DNA of 64,000 bases, from positions 20,183 to 84,182 of the forward strand of contig ONHS01000002.1 of assembly GCA_900317715.1 (NCBI GenBank), given 5' to 3'. How positions within the stretch are numbered: position 1 is the first letter of the stretch; each line of letters starts with the position of its first letter. Shown here piece by piece: positions 1-9,201 of this stretch. A model generated the notes under the pieces. That model saw only the letters and a list, made by a program, of their open reading frames with translations, had not been told where the DNA came from and did no database searches. The position numbers and the translations under genes are program-made. Origin of the DNA: an uncultured Bacteroidales bacterium (GTDB lineage: Bacteria > Bacteroidota > Bacteroidia > Bacteroidales > WCHB1-69).

Positions 1-714
1 TACTTTGGATTTCTTATTACGAGCCCCTTCCAGCATCTTCTTCACCAACGACTCGGTTTGTCTGACAGAAAGCTGCTCATTCACAATCTGTTGCACCAAT
101 TTAGCTTGTGCCGTTTCGTCTTCCACCACCACTAATGCGCGGGCGTGTCCCATGGAGATCTGGTTATCGCGCACAGCCACCTGCACGGGTGTGGAGAGTT
201 TGAGCAGACGTAAGTAATTGGATATGGTCGTGTTGGTCTTACCCACTTTGGAACCCAGCTCCTCTTGGGTGAAATGGCACTCATCCATGAGCATTTGGTA
301 GCTGAGAGCGATTTCGATGGCGTTCAGGTCGGCACGCTGAATGTTCTCCACCAATGCCATCTGCAACGAAAGCGCATCATCGACGGTACGCACAAACGCG
401 GGAATTTCCGTCAAACCAGCCATTTGTGCGGCGCGGAAACGACGTTCGCCTGAAATCAGCTGATACTTGCCGTTGCCCACAGGGCGCACGGTCACCGGTT
501 GGATCAGTCCGTAGGTCTTGATGGACTGCGCCAATTCCTGCAACGACTCCTCGTCAAACTTCGTGCGCGGCTGATACGGGTTTGCCTCAATGCTGGCCAC
601 GTGGATGTTCGTATTGCCGCTCACCACTTGGGCGTTCTCCGCACGGGTGGGGATTTCCATATTCCCGAGCATGGCGCCCAATCCTCTTCCTAATGGTTTA
701 TCATTCTTTGGCAT
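1..714 (-). CDS. parB: ParB/Spo0J chromosome-partitioning protein; the C-terminus runs off the left window edge
   Basis: Own minus-strand translation from the ATG at 714: MPKNDKPLGRGLGAMLG...IEANPYQPRTKFDEESLQELAQSIKTYGLIQPVTVRP..YQLISGERRFRAAQMAG..LVENIQRADLN. These are classic ParB boxes. It is absent from the ORF track because it is open at the edge. The + ORFs at 5-693 are antisense shadows. Confidence 0.93.
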   Translation of the reverse strand, partial: MPKNDKPLGRGLGAMLGNMEIPTRAENAQVVSGNTNIHVASIEANPYQPRTKFDEESLQELAQSIKTYGLIQPVTVRPVGNGKYQLISGERRFRAAQMAGLTEIPAFVRTVDDALSLQMALVENIQRADLNAIEIALSYQMLMDECHFTQEELGSKVGKTNTTISNYLRLLKLSTPVQVAVRDNQISMGHARALVVVEDETAQAKLVQQIVNEQLSVRQTESLVKKMLEGARNKKSKV

Positions 715-830
715 GATGTTTATTTTTATTTTCCTAGGGCTCGCTGCGCTCGCCCTAGGCTGACATAGGTCGCCCTTACAGGGCTTTACTGAATGTACTA
801 CCCTAACAACTACTAACTGCTAACGGCTAA

Positions 831-1604
831 CTATACCGTGTATCCGTTCTTCAACAAAAACTCCTTCGCGAGGTTCATGTAATTGACGTGGCCGATGGAC
901 TTGATGTCATAGACGGCGATCGGGACGCCATAGCTGGGAGCCTCGCTCAGTCGCACTGTGCGATTGATGACGGTGTCGAAGACGATGTCTCGACAATGGA
1001 AGCGCACGTCCTCAAAGACCGCGTTGGCCGACTTGAAACGGTTGGTGTACATGGTCATGAGGATGCCCTCGATGGAGAGATTCGGGTTCATATTGGACTG
1101 CACAATACGCACTGTATTAAGCAGTTTTCCGAGTCCTTCGAGTGCGAAATACTCGCACTGCACGGGGATGATAACCGAGTCGGCAGCCACCAAGGCGTTG
1201 AGGGTCACCAGTCCGAGCGACGGCGCACAGTCAATGAAGATGAAGTCGTAGTCGTTCTTGATGTCGGCGACAGCATCCTTCATGCGGTACTCGCGGCGGT
1301 CGTAGGAAATCATCTCGATTTCGGCACCGACCAGATGGATAGTGGCGGGCATGAGGTAAAGGTTCGGGGTTTTGGTTTCCACCACAGCCTCCGAAGCCAT
1401 CTTGCCGTTCACGATGCAATCGTAAATGCTGACGGTATTGTCATCGGGATAGACACCCACGCCGCTGGAAGCGTTACCCTGCGGGTCGGCGTCAATCAGC
1501 AATACACGAAAATCCAGCAACGCCAACGACGCCGCCAGATTCACAGCGGTGGTGGTCTTCCCCACCCCGCCCTTCTGATTTACAATGGCAACAATTTTCC
1601 CCAT
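831..1604 (-). CDS. parA: ParA/Soj partitioning ATPase
   Basis: N-terminal deviant Walker A (IVAIVNQKGGVGKTTTAVNLA), 257 aa, directly upstream of parB. Confidence 0.95.
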   Translation of the reverse strand: MGKIVAIVNQKGGVGKTTTAVNLAASLALLDFRVLLIDADPQGNASSGVGVYPDDNTVSIYDCIVNGKMASEAVVETKTPNLYLMPATIHLVGAEIEMISYDRREYRMKDAVADIKNDYDFIFIDCAPSLGLVTLNALVAADSVIIPVQCEYFALEGLGKLLNTVRIVQSNMNPNLSIEGILMTMYTNRFKSANAVFEDVRFHCRDIVFDTVINRTVRLSEAPSYGVPIAVYDIKSIGHVNYMNLAKEFLLKNGYTV

Positions 1605-1957
1605 TATAATGAAAGGTCTATATCGTCAAACATGTTTCCGAGATCCATGTCCTCTTCTGATTTCTCAAAGCGGTCGTTTTCGAAGAAAGTATCTTCCGGA
1701 ACCGTACCATTCTCGATGAAATCAATCACGCCTGCCAACGCATTCTTGAACTTCTCAAAGTCCTCTTTATAGAGGAAAATCTTATGCTTTTCATAGAAGA
1801 AGTTGCCGTTGTCAGCATTGAACTTGCGCTTGCTCTCCGTAATCGTGAGATACATCTCTTCATTTCTACTTTTCTTGACATCGAAGAAATAGGTTCTTTT
1901 TCCAGCCTTAATCGCGCGCGAGAGCACTTCGTTTTTGTCTTGATTTTCCATATTCAC
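1604..1957 (-). CDS. DUF3276 / PUR-alpha-like nucleic-acid-binding protein
   Basis: 117 aa with the motif AGKRTYFFDVKKSRNEEMYLTITESKR, typical of the Bacteroidota DUF3276 family. Its stop overlaps the parA start (TAATG). Confidence 0.7.
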   Translation of the reverse strand: MNMENQDKNEVLSRAIKAGKRTYFFDVKKSRNEEMYLTITESKRKFNADNGNFFYEKHKIFLYKEDFEKFKNALAGVIDFIENGTVPEDTFFENDRFEKSEEDMDLGNMFDDIDLSL

Positions 1958-2029
1958 TGATACTTTTATTTATTCTATTCAAACCGCAAAAGTACGGATT
2001 TTTTGTTACAATAGATGAATTATTTTAAA

Positions 2030-4003
2030 TTATTTTCTTTTTTCAACTTGCTTTTGCTGCTTAACACGCTGTTGCTGTTGTTGTTGCTGCTGTTTCAGCA
2101 TCTGCTGTTGCTGTTTTTGCAACTGTTCCATCTTGAGTTGCCACTTGGATTTCTTCACCGGCTTCTTCATATTTTCCTGCAATGAAGCACGCAACTTATC
2201 CTCGTCGATGGCCTTGCGGAAGATGAACATCTGCAAGAAGGTCAACAAGTTGAACAACAGATAGTAATACGTCAGAGCGGAGGAGAAGTTGTTGAACATG
2301 AAGAGGAACATGATCGGCATCATATACATCATGATGTTCATCATGCGCTGCTGGTCCTTGTTGCCCTGCGTGGGAGCCATCAACTTCTGGTTCAGCCAAG
2401 TATAGACAATCGTGGCGATGGTCATCAAGATGGTGAACAAGCTGACATGGTCGCCGTAAAGCGGTATGGGATGGCTGAAATCCCAGATGGAGTCGTAAGT
2501 GGAAAGGTCTTCCGCCCACAGGAAGGACTGTTGTCTCAACTCGTATGCGGAGGGGAAGAAACGGTACATGGCGATGAGGATCGGCATCTGCAGCAACATC
2601 GGCAGACAGCCGCCGGCAGGTTTCACGCCCGCGCTCCGATAGAGCGACATCGTGGCCTGCTGTTTCTTCATCATATCCTCCTCTTTCGGATACTTTTCGT
2701 TGATAGCCTCAATTTCAGGCTTCAACGCACGCATCTTGGCGGATGACATGTAGGTCTTGTAACTCACTGGCAACACCACAATCTTGATGAAGATAGTGAG
2801 TATCAAGATGATAAGGCCGTAACTCAAGCCATAGGCCTCCAACCAGTTGAAGACCGGGATAATCACGAAGCGGTTGATCCACTGCAAGAGGAAGAAGCCC
2901 CAACCCAGCGGCACCTGACGTTCCAGCTTCTGGTCGTAGCCTTTCAACAGACGGTATTGGTTCGGACCCACGAACATGTACATGTCGAAGTGGCCTTTAT
3001 TGAGATCAGCCATCTCGAAATCCAAAGCCGCAGAACAATCCTTCAGCACTTTCGATTCGCTCTTCTCGGGCACCTGCACTTCCAAAGAACCTGACGTAAA
3101 GGCCTGATCCTTAGTCACCAAGCAGGTAGTAAAGAACTGTTGCTTGAAGGCGACCCATTTCAGAGGTGAGGTAAAGTCGCGTTGGTCGGGCTTGCGCTCG
3201 TCCAGGTTGCCCACTTCATCACCGTTGTCCATATAATATATAGATGTGATGTTCTTCTCATAGTCGTAGTTCTTCTCCACGCACTTCGGCTGCGCATCCC
3301 ACTGGAGTGTGAAGCTGCGTCTGTTCGGGTAGAGATACGATTCCATGTTGACCAAATTGATCTCATAATCAAAATGAAAATCATCAGGATAGAAGGTGTA
3401 CAAATATTCAATGTACGATTTTTGGTCCAGCACCTGACATTGGGTGGAATCGGACTGAGCGTTGGGATAGATGCGCAAGGAAAGTTTGTTATGTTTCTCA
3501 TCCACAACCAGTTCGTCCACATTCGCCACGAAGTAGCAGTCGGCGGTGGAGATTTCGGTTTGGTCGCGAAGCATCAGTTTCAGGGCCATCTCGTTGGTTC
3601 CGCCTTCATAAATCACCAAGGGAATCTTCGCAGAATCCTTCGGGGTGTAGCGATAGATGTCCTTCATTTCGACCAACTTGAGATAACCGCCCTTCTTGCT
3701 GAAGTGGTAGTAAGCCTTGTTGGTTTCCACGATATAGTCGCCATCCTCGCCCACCTGCGCGTTAGAGAAGCGTTGCGCGGGCGTGAGCGCCGTGTTGACG
3801 GGCGTTTGGGTGCTTTGAGTGGTATCCGAAGGAGCATCAAGGGCGAGGGTTTTCGCGGCTTCCTCCGCCTCTTTCTCCATTTCTTCCGCGATCTGCGCCT
3901 CTTGCGCAGCCCGTTGCTTTTTCACTTGAGAAGTCTGATAGAAGCTAAAGCCCAAAAACAGGGCGAAAATCAGCAACAGACCAATAACTGTATTCTTATC
4001 CAT
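2030..4003 (-). CDS. yidC: Membrane protein insertase YidC (long Bacteroidota form)
   Basis: 657 aa. N-terminal TM, large periplasmic domain, then a conserved 60-kDa-IMP core (GWGFFLLQWINRF..., MRALKPEIEAINEKY, LYRSAGVKPAGGCLPMLLQMPILIAMY). Q/K-rich tail. Confidence 0.93.
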   Translation of the reverse strand: MDKNTVIGLLLIFALFLGFSFYQTSQVKKQRAAQEAQIAEEMEKEAEEAAKTLALDAPSDTTQSTQTPVNTALTPAQRFSNAQVGEDGDYIVETNKAYYHFSKKGGYLKLVEMKDIYRYTPKDSAKIPLVIYEGGTNEMALKLMLRDQTEISTADCYFVANVDELVVDEKHNKLSLRIYPNAQSDSTQCQVLDQKSYIEYLYTFYPDDFHFDYEINLVNMESYLYPNRRSFTLQWDAQPKCVEKNYDYEKNITSIYYMDNGDEVGNLDERKPDQRDFTSPLKWVAFKQQFFTTCLVTKDQAFTSGSLEVQVPEKSESKVLKDCSAALDFEMADLNKGHFDMYMFVGPNQYRLLKGYDQKLERQVPLGWGFFLLQWINRFVIIPVFNWLEAYGLSYGLIILILTIFIKIVVLPVSYKTYMSSAKMRALKPEIEAINEKYPKEEDMMKKQQATMSLYRSAGVKPAGGCLPMLLQMPILIAMYRFFPSAYELRQQSFLWAEDLSTYDSIWDFSHPIPLYGDHVSLFTILMTIATIVYTWLNQKLMAPTQGNKDQQRMMNIMMYMMPIMFLFMFNNFSSALTYYYLLFNLLTFLQMFIFRKAIDEDKLRASLQENMKKPVKKSKWQLKMEQLQKQQQQMLKQQQQQQQQRVKQQKQVEKRK

Positions 4004-4146
4004 TTTCTAATTTTAAATTGGCGGCAAAAATACAAAAAAAATGGTTATGAGACGCACGTCAATGCGTCTCTGCTGCGTGCAAAGAGACCCCCTTTACAAC
4101 GTGTAGAGACGCATGAGCGTGCGCCCCTACTATGACAAAAGCTTTA

Positions 4147-4446
4147 TTATCTGAATTCAAACAGATTGGTGAACCCCGTCACCGTGAAAATTTTGATAAG
4201 ATTCTGGTTTGAGCAGACGATGGACACCTTATGGCCGCGAGGCTTGGCTTCCTTAAGAATGCTGAGGAAAATGCGGAGACCGCTGGAGGAGATATAATCC
4301 AATTTCTCGCAGTCAAGTACAATATCCTTGTCCACGTCAAGGATCGGTTGAATCTCTTTCTCCGTTTGGGGAGAGGCGGCGGTGTCCAAACGGCCTTCAA
4401 AGAAGACCACAATCTCGTCGTTCTGTTCTTTAATGGTGGTTTTCAT
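4147..4446 (-). CDS. STAS-domain anti-sigma-factor antagonist (SpoIIAA/RsbV-like)
   Basis: 99 aa with the motif LDYISSSGLRIFL, carrying the phosphorylatable Ser context of STAS proteins. It is the last gene of the partner-switching operon. Confidence 0.85.
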   Translation of the reverse strand: MKTTIKEQNDEIVVFFEGRLDTAASPQTEKEIQPILDVDKDIVLDCEKLDYISSSGLRIFLSILKEAKPRGHKVSIVCSNQNLIKIFTVTGFTNLFEFR

Positions 4447-4460
4447 TTTTATTGATAATT

Positions 4461-4871
4461 TTAATTTATTTTTTTCACAAGTGTAAGTATATTTTTCCCG
4501 TCCGTATGCTGATAGGTCACGGTGTCCATAAACTGCCGAACCAGGAGAATTCCCAATCCGCCGATGGACCGTTCCTCGGCCGGAAGGTTAATGTCGGGAT
4601 CCTCCTTGCCAGTGGGGTCGAAAGGGCTCCCGCGGTCGGCGATGGTGATGGTAAGCAGTCCGTCGGCCATGGAGGCGTCAATCCACACCTCGCCGACAGT
4701 GCCTTCCGGATAGGCGTAGTTCATCACATTGACCACAGCTTCCTCCACGGCCAGGTTGATATTCATAGACATCTCCATATCCATAGCGTTCTCTTCGCAG
4801 ATGGTGTCGATGAATGTCGCCAACAAGGGGACCTCCTGAACATCGTTGTGCAAAGTGAGCGTGTATTCCAT
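4461..4871 (-). CDS. RsbW/SpoIIAB-like anti-sigma serine kinase (HATPase_c)
   Basis: 136 aa. N-box-like EEAVVNVMNYAY and G-boxes DRGSPFDP / GGLGILLVRQFMD. Confidence 0.85.
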   Translation of the reverse strand: MEYTLTLHNDVQEVPLLATFIDTICEENAMDMEMSMNINLAVEEAVVNVMNYAYPEGTVGEVWIDASMADGLLTITIADRGSPFDPTGKEDPDINLPAEERSIGGLGILLVRQFMDTVTYQHTDGKNILTLVKKIN

Positions 4872-4876
4872 AGCGT

Positions 4877-6652
4877 TTATTTGGATGCTTTGGTGTAACG
4901 GATTGCCAGCATGGTGAGGTCGTCACTCTGTTCCGTGCCAGATTCAAAATCTTGTATCACCTCTGAGATATGATCTATGAGGTTGCGAGGAGTGGCATCG
5001 GCCATTTTCTTCAATTCGGCAAGCATGCGTTCTTCGCCAAACTGGTCGTGGGTGGTGTTTTCAGCCTCTGTGAGGCCATCGGTGTAGAGGAATATGGTGG
5101 AGTCAAGACCCACATGGGTTTCCTGGCGGGTGTACGTCCATTCCATGACCCCAAGCGGGATATTGGAATCCATCTGCAGGGTGGAAAGGGTCTGGTTGAC
5201 CAGCACCGGAGGACAGTGGGCGGCATTGCTATAGCTCAGCATGCCGGTTTTAAGATCCAGATTGCCAATAAAGAATGTGACGAAGATGGAGTTTTCATTC
5301 ATCTCAAACATGGCCATGTTCATCTGGTTCATGATCTCTTCGGGATTGGTGGTACGAGCGCACACCGTACGGAAGAGGCTTCTGGTGACGGCCATCATCA
5401 ACGAAGCGGGAACCCCTTTTCCGCTCACATCGCCCACGCAGAAAAGAAGATGACCGTTCACTATTTGGAAGTCGTATAAGTCGCCGCCCACCTCCTTGGC
5501 AGGCACCAGCGAACCGTATATCGCCACCTCGTCACAATCCGGATAAGGCGGGAAGGTCTTCGGGAGCATTCCCTGCTGGATGTCGCGGGCAATCTTCAGC
5601 TCGCTGCCGATGCGTTCCTTCTCGGCGCTCACCTCGCCCAGCTTCTGAATTCCACGGAAAGTACGCCACATGATGAACGCTAAAAGCAACAAGCCCAGAA
5701 ACATGGAGATGAGGAGCAGTTGGCTCACCCGGTGCAACCCTCTGTAAATCTCTTTGTCGGGAAAAAAGAGCGCCATCGACCACCCCGTGTTTCCGCCCAC
5801 CGGACTATAATGTATATAGTATTTCTCGCCATTGTATTTCACATTGGTGGATCCCTGCTTTCCCCCTTGCACAGCCTCGTTCAGATGTGCCGCCATCGTG
5901 TCCTGGTGAAGACGCGCGGTTTCCTCGAGCGTGATGCGCATCACCAGCGTGCTGTCGGGACAGACCATCACCCGTCCTGCATGGGAAAACAGATAGGTCT
6001 GGACATCCGCTTTTTGTTCGAAGAGGTCGCCGAGCCAGTCGAGCGAGACATCCGCGCCGAAAACGGCAACCGTGCGTCCCGAAGCATCGCACAACGGGAG
6101 GGTGTAAGTGCAGACCATCCCTTCCGAACCGTCGCTGTCAATATACGGTTCCGTCCACAGTCCGTCGGGATTCACAAGCCCGTCGGTGAACCAAGGCGCT
6201 TCCAGATAGTTGTGATCGGCCGAGCCGATCTGCTTGTTCTCAAGGGTGTCGTTGTTGCGGAACACGTAGGGCTCATACCAATAGCCTTTGGATGGATAAT
6301 AGTCGGGCAGGAAAGCGATGGCGCAGCCTGTCAAATCCGGGTTTTTCTCCATGATGTGCCGCAGGATGGGATATACGGAGTCGGGATTCACAATCGACTC
6401 TTCCAGTGCCCAATGGAGGTTGCCCACAGCCGTTTCCACACGGGTGACCATCTGTTGGATTTCTAAATTTTTGACCTGCAGTTCGGATGCGGCTCGCTGA
6501 CGCACCTCATTACGGATGCCGTTGCGGGCAAAATAGTATTGCACGGCACTGCCCACCTCCATCAGGATGGCTGCGGTCAGTAGCACCAGCACACCGCCTC
6601 GTGTCTGCAATTTCCGCCAAGTTTTGTTAATAGGATTGTCTGTTTTATTCAT
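4877..6652 (-). CDS. Membrane sensor PP2C (SpoIIE/RsbU-type) phosphatase with a Cache-like periplasmic domain
   Basis: 591 aa. Two TM segments flank a domain of about 270 aa. The C-terminal PP2C has GGDLYDF, VGDVSGKGVPASLMMA, LYTDGLTEA and DDLTMLAI. Confidence 0.88.
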   Translation of the reverse strand: MNKTDNPINKTWRKLQTRGGVLVLLTAAILMEVGSAVQYYFARNGIRNEVRQRAASELQVKNLEIQQMVTRVETAVGNLHWALEESIVNPDSVYPILRHIMEKNPDLTGCAIAFLPDYYPSKGYWYEPYVFRNNDTLENKQIGSADHNYLEAPWFTDGLVNPDGLWTEPYIDSDGSEGMVCTYTLPLCDASGRTVAVFGADVSLDWLGDLFEQKADVQTYLFSHAGRVMVCPDSTLVMRITLEETARLHQDTMAAHLNEAVQGGKQGSTNVKYNGEKYYIHYSPVGGNTGWSMALFFPDKEIYRGLHRVSQLLLISMFLGLLLLAFIMWRTFRGIQKLGEVSAEKERIGSELKIARDIQQGMLPKTFPPYPDCDEVAIYGSLVPAKEVGGDLYDFQIVNGHLLFCVGDVSGKGVPASLMMAVTRSLFRTVCARTTNPEEIMNQMNMAMFEMNENSIFVTFFIGNLDLKTGMLSYSNAAHCPPVLVNQTLSTLQMDSNIPLGVMEWTYTRQETHVGLDSTIFLYTDGLTEAENTTHDQFGEERMLAELKKMADATPRNLIDHISEVIQDFESGTEQSDDLTMLAIRYTKASK

Positions 6653-7695
6653 ATTTCAAATATTGTCTTTACACCTTCGGGTGTGTGTTCTACGGATATA
6701 TTTTGGCTGGCATTACGGATGAGTATCACCGCCAGCTCATCGGTTTCGGGTTTCTCCAACGCCGACACCTCCACTTCGCGTTGCAGCACCACCACCGAAG
6801 TCTCTTGTTTCAAATCACTGTGGTTCACCTCAATATGGACGGGGGTTGTGAAATCGGCTATCAGGACAAGCATCTCTTCCACCACATGGGTTACGGAGTC
6901 CATCTTTTCTGCGATGGAGCAGCGTATGCAGAACTGCTTGATTTTCGAAGTCATGTCGTAAAGGTCGAAGTCGCGGCTGGCAATATCGAATGCCAGAAGG
7001 CGAATTCTGTTCACGAAGGTGCGGGTTTGCGTGAGACGCGGCTCATTGAAGATTTGGCTGGGGGTTCCATCCTCAAGGAGGCATCCGTTATGGATGAACA
7101 GGATGCGGCTGCTCGTGTCGCGGGCAAAGCGCATCTCGTGGGTGACAATCACCATCGTCATCCCTTCTTGTGCCAAAGTGCGGACCACCCCTTGCACCTC
7201 GTCCACCATCGTAGGATCGAGCGACGAGGTAGGCTCGTCCATGAGCAGTATTTCCGGTTTCATGGCCAGGGTACGTGCAATGGCCGTCCGCTGCTGCTGT
7301 CCGCCAGAGAGGGATAAAGGCATTTGTCGGGCATGGTCGGCCATACCCACGTGGCGCAACATCTCCATCGCCAGTTCTTCCGCCTCCTCGCGCCCAAGAC
7401 CCAGGAGCTTCATCGGCGCAAGAGTCACGTTGTCCAGTACCGACAGGTGGCCGAAGAGATTGAACTGTTGGAACACCATGCCGACTTTCACGCCGGGGGT
7501 CAGAGTCACTTCGCCGCTGGTAGGCTGTTCCAGACCTGCCATACAGCGCAACAGAATGCTTTTCCCCGAGCCTGAAGAGCCGATAATACCCACCACCTCG
7601 CCACGGGAGACATGGAAAGAGACGTCATTCACCGCGTGTATCCGGTTGCCTTCCGGGGTGTCAAAATCCTTGAAGAGATGGGTAACGGTAATCAT
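6649..7695 (-). CDS. Polar amino-acid ABC transporter ATP-binding protein with an extra C-terminal domain of about 105 aa
   Basis: Start taken at MITVTHLFKDF (ATG at 7695). Walker A GSSGSGKS, signature LSGGQQQR, Walker B LLMDEPTSSLD. The 552-aa track ORF is a run-on into the permease gene. ATGA overlaps are present at both ends. Confidence 0.9.
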   Translation of the reverse strand: MITVTHLFKDFDTPEGNRIHAVNDVSFHVSRGEVVGIIGSSGSGKSILLRCMAGLEQPTSGEVTLTPGVKVGMVFQQFNLFGHLSVLDNVTLAPMKLLGLGREEAEELAMEMLRHVGMADHARQMPLSLSGGQQQRTAIARTLAMKPEILLMDEPTSSLDPTMVDEVQGVVRTLAQEGMTMVIVTHEMRFARDTSSRILFIHNGCLLEDGTPSQIFNEPRLTQTRTFVNRIRLLAFDIASRDFDLYDMTSKIKQFCIRCSIAEKMDSVTHVVEEMLVLIADFTTPVHIEVNHSDLKQETSVVVLQREVEVSALEKPETDELAVILIRNASQNISVEHTPEGVKTIFEI

Positions 7696-8321
7696 ATCTG
7701 CGAAATTCGGAAGAGAATATAGTCCAACAGTTTGTTCAGCAGCCACGCCAACAGAAAGTAAATCAGGGTGGTAATCAGCAATGGGAGCAGGTCTTGGCCA
7801 ACACCGTTGCGTATGGCTTGGGTGGCCAGGGTAAGGTCTTGGATGGCCACATAACCCACAACGGAAGTCCCTTTCATGGTGGCCACAGCCTGGAATTTGA
7901 AGGCAGGCATTCCGATGCGGAGGGCTTGGGGCAGCACAATGTAACGCATCGTCTGCCATTTGGAGAATCCCAGCATCTGCCCCGCCTCCATCTGTCCGCG
8001 TCCCACAGCGTCGATGGACGATTGGAGATTCCCGGCCACGAAGTTGGCGAAGATCAGTCCAATGGCTATCGAAGCCGCCAAAATCGGGCAGTGGCCGCCG
8101 AACAGCAGGTAGAAGACAATCAGGATCAGCACCATCAGCGGGGTGCCGCGCACCACCACCTTCCACCATTTGGAGACATTCTGCAGCCAGCGATGGCGGT
8201 TCTGTGAGAGTGCATATAGGCCGCAGCCGACCAGCGTGCCTATCAGCAACGACAGCGCGGAAATGACCACTGTAGCCAGCAACCCTTTCAGTATCAGCCA
8301 AATGCAATCCTCTAAACCCAT
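7692..8321 (-). CDS. Polar amino-acid ABC transporter permease (His/Glu/Gln/Arg family)
   Basis: Motifs RGTPLMVLILIVFY and EAGQMLGFSKWQTMRYIVLPQA (EAA loop). Start placed at ATG 8321 because the upstream TTG at 8354 overlaps the -7 box. Confidence 0.88.
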   Translation of the reverse strand: MGLEDCIWLILKGLLATVVISALSLLIGTLVGCGLYALSQNRHRWLQNVSKWWKVVVRGTPLMVLILIVFYLLFGGHCPILAASIAIGLIFANFVAGNLQSSIDAVGRGQMEAGQMLGFSKWQTMRYIVLPQALRIGMPAFKFQAVATMKGTSVVGYVAIQDLTLATQAIRNGVGQDLLPLLITTLIYFLLAWLLNKLLDYILFRISQI

Positions 8322-8351
8322 GACTTTTGCTTCACCTATACATTGAATTGG

Positions 8352-8359
8352 CAAAAATA
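8352..8359 (-). promoter_or_regulatory. Bacteroidota -7 promoter box (TAnnTTTG) for the ABC / partner-switch operon
   Basis: The minus strand reads TATTTTTG. It lies about 30 nt upstream of ATG 8321. Confidence 0.5.
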
Positions 8360-8391
8360 CATTTTTTTACCAATCAAAAAAGCGGGGTAAT

Positions 8392-8427
8392 AAAAAAAAA
8401 GCACCCCAAACTTGTGGTTTGGAGTGC
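8392..8427 (-). terminator. Intrinsic terminator downstream of tRNA-Lys
   Basis: Minus strand: GGCACTCCAAAC-CACAA-GTTTGGGGTGC followed by T9. Confidence 0.6.
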
Positions 8428-8433
8428 CTTTTG

Positions 8434-8506
8434 TGTCCCCTCAGGGACTCGAACCCTGGACCCATTGATTAAGAGTCAATTGCTCTACCAACTGAGCTAA
8501 GGAGAC
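8434..8506 (-). tRNA. tRNA-Lys (anticodon CTT)
   Basis: Minus strand: GTCTCCTTAGCTCAGTTGGTAGAGCAATTGACTCTTAATCAATGGGTCCAGGGTTCGAGTCCCTGAGGGGACA. Acceptor GTCTCCT/AGGGGAC, anticodon stem ATTGA/TCAAT with loop CTCTTAA, T-loop GGTTCGAGTCC. No encoded CCA. Confidence 0.93.
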
Positions 8507-8576
8507 ATTGTTTTTTCCTTCGCTTTTGCGGTTGCAAAAATACATTTTTTTTCTATTTTTGCAAAAAAAAATTGCG

Positions 8577-9116
8577 ATGAAAATTTATACACGTACAGGA
8601 GACAAAGGAACTACCTCATTATCAGATGGTTCAAGGGTATCAAAAAATGATATTTTGCTGCATGCATACGGCACAGTTGACGAGTTGAACAGCTTCATCG
8701 GGGTGGTAATTTCGCAGATTTCGGAAGAATTTCTGACAAGAGTGCAAAACGAACTCTTCGTGGTGGGCGGCATGTTGGCCACGCCGATTTCGAACTGGGA
8801 GAAGTACTGGAACGTGGATCGGCTGACCGAATTCACGACAGAGCTAGAGCATGAAATCGACCGGATGAGCGCCGAGCTAGAACCCATGCGCGGGTTCATC
8901 TTGCCACAGGGCAGCAAACTGATTGCCGACACGCATGTTTGTCGCACCGTTTGCCGTCGCGCCGAGCGGTATGTGGTGGCGCTGATGGAGGTCGATGAAG
9001 CCTATCAAAAAGTGCAAGTTTTGCTGAATCGGCTGTCCGATTTCTTCTTTATTTTGGCCCGATTTTTCCACAAAAAAGATAATATTTCTGAAACTCTCTA
9101 TCAATCAACGAAATAA
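8577..9116 (+). CDS. PduO-type ATP:cob(I)alamin adenosyltransferase
   Basis: MKIYTRTGDKGTTSL start and a ...RLSDFFF.LAR tail. Start moved to ATG 8577, downstream of the track's 8508. Confidence 0.85.
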   Translation: MKIYTRTGDKGTTSLSDGSRVSKNDILLHAYGTVDELNSFIGVVISQISEEFLTRVQNELFVVGGMLATPISNWEKYWNVDRLTEFTTELEHEIDRMSAELEPMRGFILPQGSKLIADTHVCRTVCRRAERYVVALMEVDEAYQKVQVLLNRLSDFFFILARFFHKKDNISETLYQSTK

Positions 9117-9201
9117 AAATTTAAAAAAAGGTTGACTTTTTCAGTTTAATATTATACTTTTGCGCCCTAAAAATTCAAACCATTAAATAAACGACAAAAC
9201 T

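Noticed and set aside
5-693. Three + strand ORFs (5-217, 265-453, 499-693) at the left edge.
   Set aside because: The minus strand encodes an unmistakable ParB across the same interval. The + ORFs are antisense artefacts.
888-1772. A 294-aa + strand ORF opposite parA, and a 317-aa + ORF (3182-4135) opposite yidC.
   Set aside because: They are antisense to strongly supported conserved genes, and their translations carry no motifs.
6649-8307. A 552-aa ORF in the track covering the ABC ATPase plus an upstream extension.
   Set aside because: The first 204 residues are a Pro/Arg/His-rich run-on overlapping the permease gene in another frame. The ABC domain begins at MITVTHLF (ATG 7695), with an ATGA overlap to the permease stop.
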